DNA of 63,446 nt, counting the filler, from Globobulimina sp. (taxonomy: Eukaryota), in assembly GCA_003354225.1 (NCBI GenBank). It is 26 parts of 26 records of this genome, joined end to end, with 100 filler letters (N's around TTAATTAATTAA, not from the genome) between each part and the next. Parts side by side here need not be neighbours in the genome. Positions count along the whole stretch, not along the records: positions 58,663 to 61,004 come from PIVH01007276.1; positions 61,105 to 63,446 come from PIVH01007277.1; 24 more parts are not named here. One strand, 5' to 3'. The notes below the pieces were generated by a model. The model ran no database searches, was not told the origin of the DNA, and saw nothing but the letters and a program-made list of their open reading frames with translations. Each line of letters opens with the position of its first letter. The stretch's first letter is position 1. Below are positions 58,781-63,446 of this stretch, piece after piece. Position numbers and translations under genes: made by a program.

Positions 58781-61004
58781 ATGGTTAAATATAAATTATT
58801 ACAATATAACGTCAATGGGATTATTAGTCCCACAAAAATGACACAAGAACAAAAATGCAAAAAAATCCACCAAATAATGATATCAAAACAAATTGATTTC
58901 GTTCTCCTTCAGGAATGGAGTGCTACTCTCCGCTATGCAGTATCTCCAACAAATCCAAATTACACGGATTCCAATAATAAAAACCATTCAATAAAATTCC
59001 CAATTGAATACTTTCCGAAATACAAAGTCCATTATTCGGGAACAGAAACGGCCATAATGTATAGAGAAACACTATTAGTCACTCCGCTACTTTCCCCACC
59101 AAACTATGACCATAGAAACCGCACAATGAACTGCCATATAACAAGTTTAATCTTACACAGTGGCGACCAGAATATAGGCATCCACTCCCTATACAATTGT
59201 CCAAGAAACCCAAATATCGATCAATTATTTAATTACCCCCTGACTGTAGACAATAATGTCATCGCCGGGGATTTTAATATACCGAATGTAATTTGGGGCA
59301 GTGATAGATCCACTGCAGAGTCTGATAATTTTGTAGACGGAATTGAATTTTTAAATATGCAGATCCTAAACATAACTAATCCGTCTTATACACACATCCA
59401 TAAATCCTACCATACAAAATCTGCCATAGACCTAACGTTATTCTCCGATAAACTAAAACACACCAAATGGAATATACTACATTCATTGTATGATCCGGAT
59501 TGTTCCGACCACGTTCCCATTGTCTCCGCCTTTGAAATTGAAAACGTCTTTGGGTTCAGTGAGACAAAAAAAACCTGGAACCTGGCGGACAAAAGGAAAT
59601 GGAATAAATACACGGAAACCCTTGAAACAAATATTAAAACTACAGAATTTGATAAAAATCCGAACCTATATACGGAACAACTGACCTATCTCATAATATT
59701 CACAGCAGAGAAAACCATTGGATATAAACACTATTACCGTGGCCATAAACCATGGTGGAATAATAAAATAAAGAAATTAAAAAAACGCTGCAAACGCCTT
59801 CGGCGTAGAATCCAACGAATGAAGAAAAAAGCAAAACGCTGCTGTACTGATTTCCATCTTTTTCCAAAATATAAAACTATCCAAATTGCCAAAGCTGCCC
59901 ATAATAACAGATTGAATAAATATATACAAACATGCAAAGACTATGGCCGCAGATTCTGGCGAACCATAACTAGCAATAAATCAAATGACACCAATACAAA
60001 TAATATCCCACCATTAAATTATAAGAATAAAACGAATATAGTTGATCCAAAACTGCAGGCGAAGGTGCTCCAGGAGGCAATGACAAGACCGCCTAAACCA
60101 AAAACGAGTGATAACCATAAGGATTGGCATAAATATGTAAACAATTTTGTCCCTGAATACCTAAGAAATCATAAAAATCCAACAATAAACGATATAAATG
60201 ATATACATAATATAAAACATGATAAAACTGCGCAAAATAAAGATTCTAAAATCAATAATCCATCGCAAATAAATACAGAAATCCCAATCCCAAATAATAA
60301 ATACCAAATATTAAATGATCCAATACTAAAATATGAAATCCGCGCTGTCATTAAAAAACTTGATACCCACAAAGCATATGGACCCGATCGGATTCACAAC
60401 CAAATGATCAAACATGGTGGGGAAGCACTTATAGAATGCCTCCAACCGCTGTTTAATAAATGTATGACTAATGGGATATTCCCGGGATATTGGAATTTTG
60501 CACATATACTACCAATTCCTAAACCAAATAAGGACCATAGTAATCCCAAGAACTACAGACCCATTGCGGTCTCATCCTGTCTGGGAAGAGTTTTTGAAAA
60601 GATCCTAGCCAACAGACTTCAGCACTACTGTGTGGAAAACAGAATATTCAATAACTATCAATGCGGATTCCAGATTAACAGATGCTGTGATGATGTACTT
60701 ACCACATTTATCACAGATATACAAACGTCTTTCGATATGGTCAGTGAAACGGATGTTGTTTTCACGGACTTTTCCAAAGCTTATGATAGTGTCTGGCACA
60801 ACGGTCTGCTATACAAACTAATTAAAAATAACATAAAAGGCAATATATTGAATGTTTTGGCTTCTTTTATCCAAACAAGATACACAAAAGTTATCGCGAA
60901 AAAAGCAGAGTCAAATTGGGTGGCTCAACCAATTGGAGTCCCGCAAGGCTCTGCATTATCGCCTATCCTATATATATTGTTTACAAATGATTTTAAACTA
61001 AATT
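58781..61004 (+). mobile_element. APE-type non-LTR retrotransposon (LINE) ORF2: AP endonuclease plus RT (3'-partial)
   Basis: QYNVNG, LLQE, GDFN, SAIDL, SDHVPI (EN); KAYGPD, YRPIA, QCGF, DFSKAYDSV, GVPQGSALSPILY (RT). Confidence 0.95.
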
Positions 61005-61105
61005 NNNNNNNNNNNNNNNNNNNNNNNNNNNNNNNNNNNNNNNNNNNNTTAATTAATTAANNNNNNNNNNNNNNNNNNNNNNNNNNNNNNNNNNNNNNNN
61101 NNNNT

Positions 61106-61664
61106 GAACCAGGAAGAAAATTTAATGAAAATTCATTCAAAACCAATCAAAAGGTAGGCGAACTCTTACCGGATGACAGTACATTTCCTGCTCACAGACT
61201 ACGTGTTGCAGACGCATTGTGTTAAGTATATATATATATATTTAAACATAGTTACATATACTCAAAACATATAATATATACAATCAGCAAATCCAGAATC
61301 AAATGTCGGATGCCTTATCGCCTGGTGCGAAAGAGGTCGACTGGGCTGTGTGGCAGATTTCAATGTTGAATTTTATGACCAGTTTGCAAAGGGCGAACCT
61401 GTGCGACCGGTTATATTCTCGCTTGGATGGACTGATCTTTTACTGTCAACAGTGTTGTTTTTTGAAATTGTTGCCAGCGCAACATTTATAATGAGTTTCT
61501 TTTTCAAATATAATAATGTGTATCAGAGGTTGTACAGAGTTAGAAAACATAAGAAAGATAAAACAAAACACAGACCAAAATCCAGCAGAACAAAATCCAA
61601 AAGGAAAAGACGAAAATCTAAATCGAAGCGGAGAAATGATGAAATGGATGAAAATGACGAATAA
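61106..61664 (+). CDS. Hypothetical protein with C-terminal TM and basic tail; intron 61221-61287 (5'-partial)
   Basis: A 67-nt phase-1 GTTAAG...CAG intron joins the contig-edge frame to the frame of ORF 61350. Confidence 0.55.
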
Positions 61665-61843
61665 CTGTTTCCGAATTACACCTTGTTGTTTATCGTTACT
61701 ATCGTATATAATTTCTTATTTATGAGATTGACATTTTATGATTCATAACTCTTTTTATATTACTTCCCTAAAAGTATATGATGAGAACATTTTGGAACAA
61801 TAAAAATCTCTTACAAATTATCTACAGCAATCTTCACTCAATC

Positions 61844-63156
61844 ATGGGCAATAAACTTTCACTTCATCGTCGAAACTCATCGTCAGTCAACGGTACAAAA
61901 TACAAATCGACATTAATGGTCGATCGAATAACGTACATCTCTTTTCCAACATTAAAACACACAAATAACCCACAGATGAAAAGATTATTGCAGATATACA
62001 TGCGCCTACACCTGATAGTCAACACTCATATGATATTGATATTGATTTTAAACAGCTTAAACCAAAAACTTCGTCTCCATCAGCAGTGGACGCAGATATT
62101 TCTGAAAAATTAACCGCAGAAGAATTTGCACAAAAATTTACATTAAATATGTTATTATGCGGCACTGAACAAAGTGGCAAATATGCTATATTCAAACAAT
62201 TGGAGCAAGCATTTAAAGGCAGCATCGATAAAAAACAAACAAAAATTGCATTAAAGGCTATTCGAATACAATTAGTCAAAGACATGGTAGCTCTCTGTGG
62301 TTTAAATAATTCCTTAAACAAACAAGCGAACCAACCGCTGATCACAAAATATAAAATAAAAAACAGCGAATTAAAACAAATTTGTGTCAGAATAGCATCA
62401 TTAAAAGAAATCTCCTATACATTATCCAAAGAATTATCAATGCTGTTATATTTACTATGGAATGATGCCGCCATTCAAGAAACGTATAAAAAATCTGTCG
62501 AACTTCGTATTTTAACATCAAATTCAAAATATTTTATGGATAAAGTGCTGCAAATTGTAGATACAAATTATATGCTAACATTTGACGATTACATTGAGAT
62601 CAAAGATAGTGAGAGTCAGTCGAATGGTGTTTCGCAAAAACAATTTCGCATTGAAACCAAACAAGGACAGTATAAGTTTAATGTGTCGCAAATTAATAAA
62701 CAGCGCTCTGAGAGAAGGAGATGGGCCTCGTATTTGGACAACATTCAGATATTTGTGTATGTGATAAATATATCGCAGTATGATGTTGCAAATAACTTAC
62801 AAGCTGCAATTGATTTATTTGGCAAAGTGTGTGCTGATCCAACCGTTACTGCCACGGATTTTGTTGTGTTATTTAATGGAATAAATGAGTTTGAGAATAA
62901 AATACAAAATGTACCATTTACAGTATTTGATGTGGAAGAACCAAATCAAAGTCAATGTGTACAACTATATCTGATGAATAAATTGAAAACAATCTGCAAG
63001 AATAGCAATGTAAATAATGCCTATAGCCATAAAAAACGGCATATATATTTTCATCGAGTGAATGATTCCAATACAGAGCAAATTGGCTTATTGTTGCAGA
63101 AAATCCATACCGATGTTATTACTACGTCGATGAAAAAAATGGGCTATGTTTTGTGA
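61844..63156 (+). CDS. Divergent heterotrimeric G-protein alpha subunit-like protein; intron 61893-61975
   Basis: MGNKLS start; an 83-nt GTACAA...CAG intron links it in frame to ORF 62086. LLCGTEQSGK..IFKQL, LWNDAAIQETY, QRSERRRW and FVVLFN. Confidence 0.85.
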
Positions 63157-63446
63157 TGTGTAACTTTTTTGAGTTTTTTTTGTGTGTTATTTTTTTCCCG
63201 TCTCCACCAATGTCGTGTTGAGATATTAAATAAAAAGTGAAATTACTAGCTGTGTATTAATATTTCATGAACAATATTTGTTTGTTGTGTATTAATATTG
63301 TTATGATTTATTTAATTTTTTTTATTCTATTCAGCATGAAATTAGCCATGCCACGGACCAGCGTTTATTTTTAGCATTAAAAATAGTAGACGAATTGTAG
63401 TGATAACTGATAACCAGATGAAAACCAGCAAAATAAATCTTTTTGT

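Noticed and set aside
53779-61004. Composite mobile island (CRE, orphan ORF, LINE), or the 56390 ORF as ORF1 of the LINE
   Set aside because: Three separate contigs, and the orientations are inconsistent.
2347-61104. Regularly spaced TTAATTAATTAA as a CRISPR repeat, telomere or chromosome-breakage signal
   Set aside because: It is always centred in exactly 44+44 Ns between size-sorted contigs, so it is an artificial six-frame-stop linker.
1-63446. rRNA or tRNA genes and CRISPR arrays
   Set aside because: None recognised by eye. tRNAscan-SE and Infernal were not run.

Overview
This is not a contiguous locus. It is 26 unrelated contigs of about 2.34 kb (lengths decrease from 2346 to 2342 bp), joined by an artificial 100-bp spacer (N44-TTAATTAATTAA-N44, stops in all six frames). 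No neighbourhood inference is valid across a spacer. The DNA is AT-rich and eukaryotic, uses the standard code, and has short GT-AG introns (mostly 51-83 nt). The gene repertoire (7TM-RGS receptors, G-alpha, SPRY, F-box, SET, class I-like PI3K, PPR, PP2C, sulfotransferase, LRR/Cys-rich surface protein) suggests a protist, probably a foraminiferan or other rhizarian; that assignment is inference only. Mobile elements are two CRE-like RLE non-LTR retrotransposons, one APE-RT LINE and one DIRS/Ngaro-like tyrosine-recombinase retrotransposon. The main items of interest are: (1) an intron-containing gene with an ADP-ribosyltransferase-like H-STS-ExE active-site signature; (2) a myristoylatable but GTPase-degenerate G-alpha, plus two 7TM-RGS receptors, one lacking the key RGS Asn; (3) a recurrent GTTAAG 5' splice site in 4 of 10 frame-validated introns; (4) a 3'-terminal motif shared between a CRE element and an unlinked contig end; (5) an upstream motif shared by two unlinked genes. 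All family assignments come from recognising motifs by eye, not from database searches.
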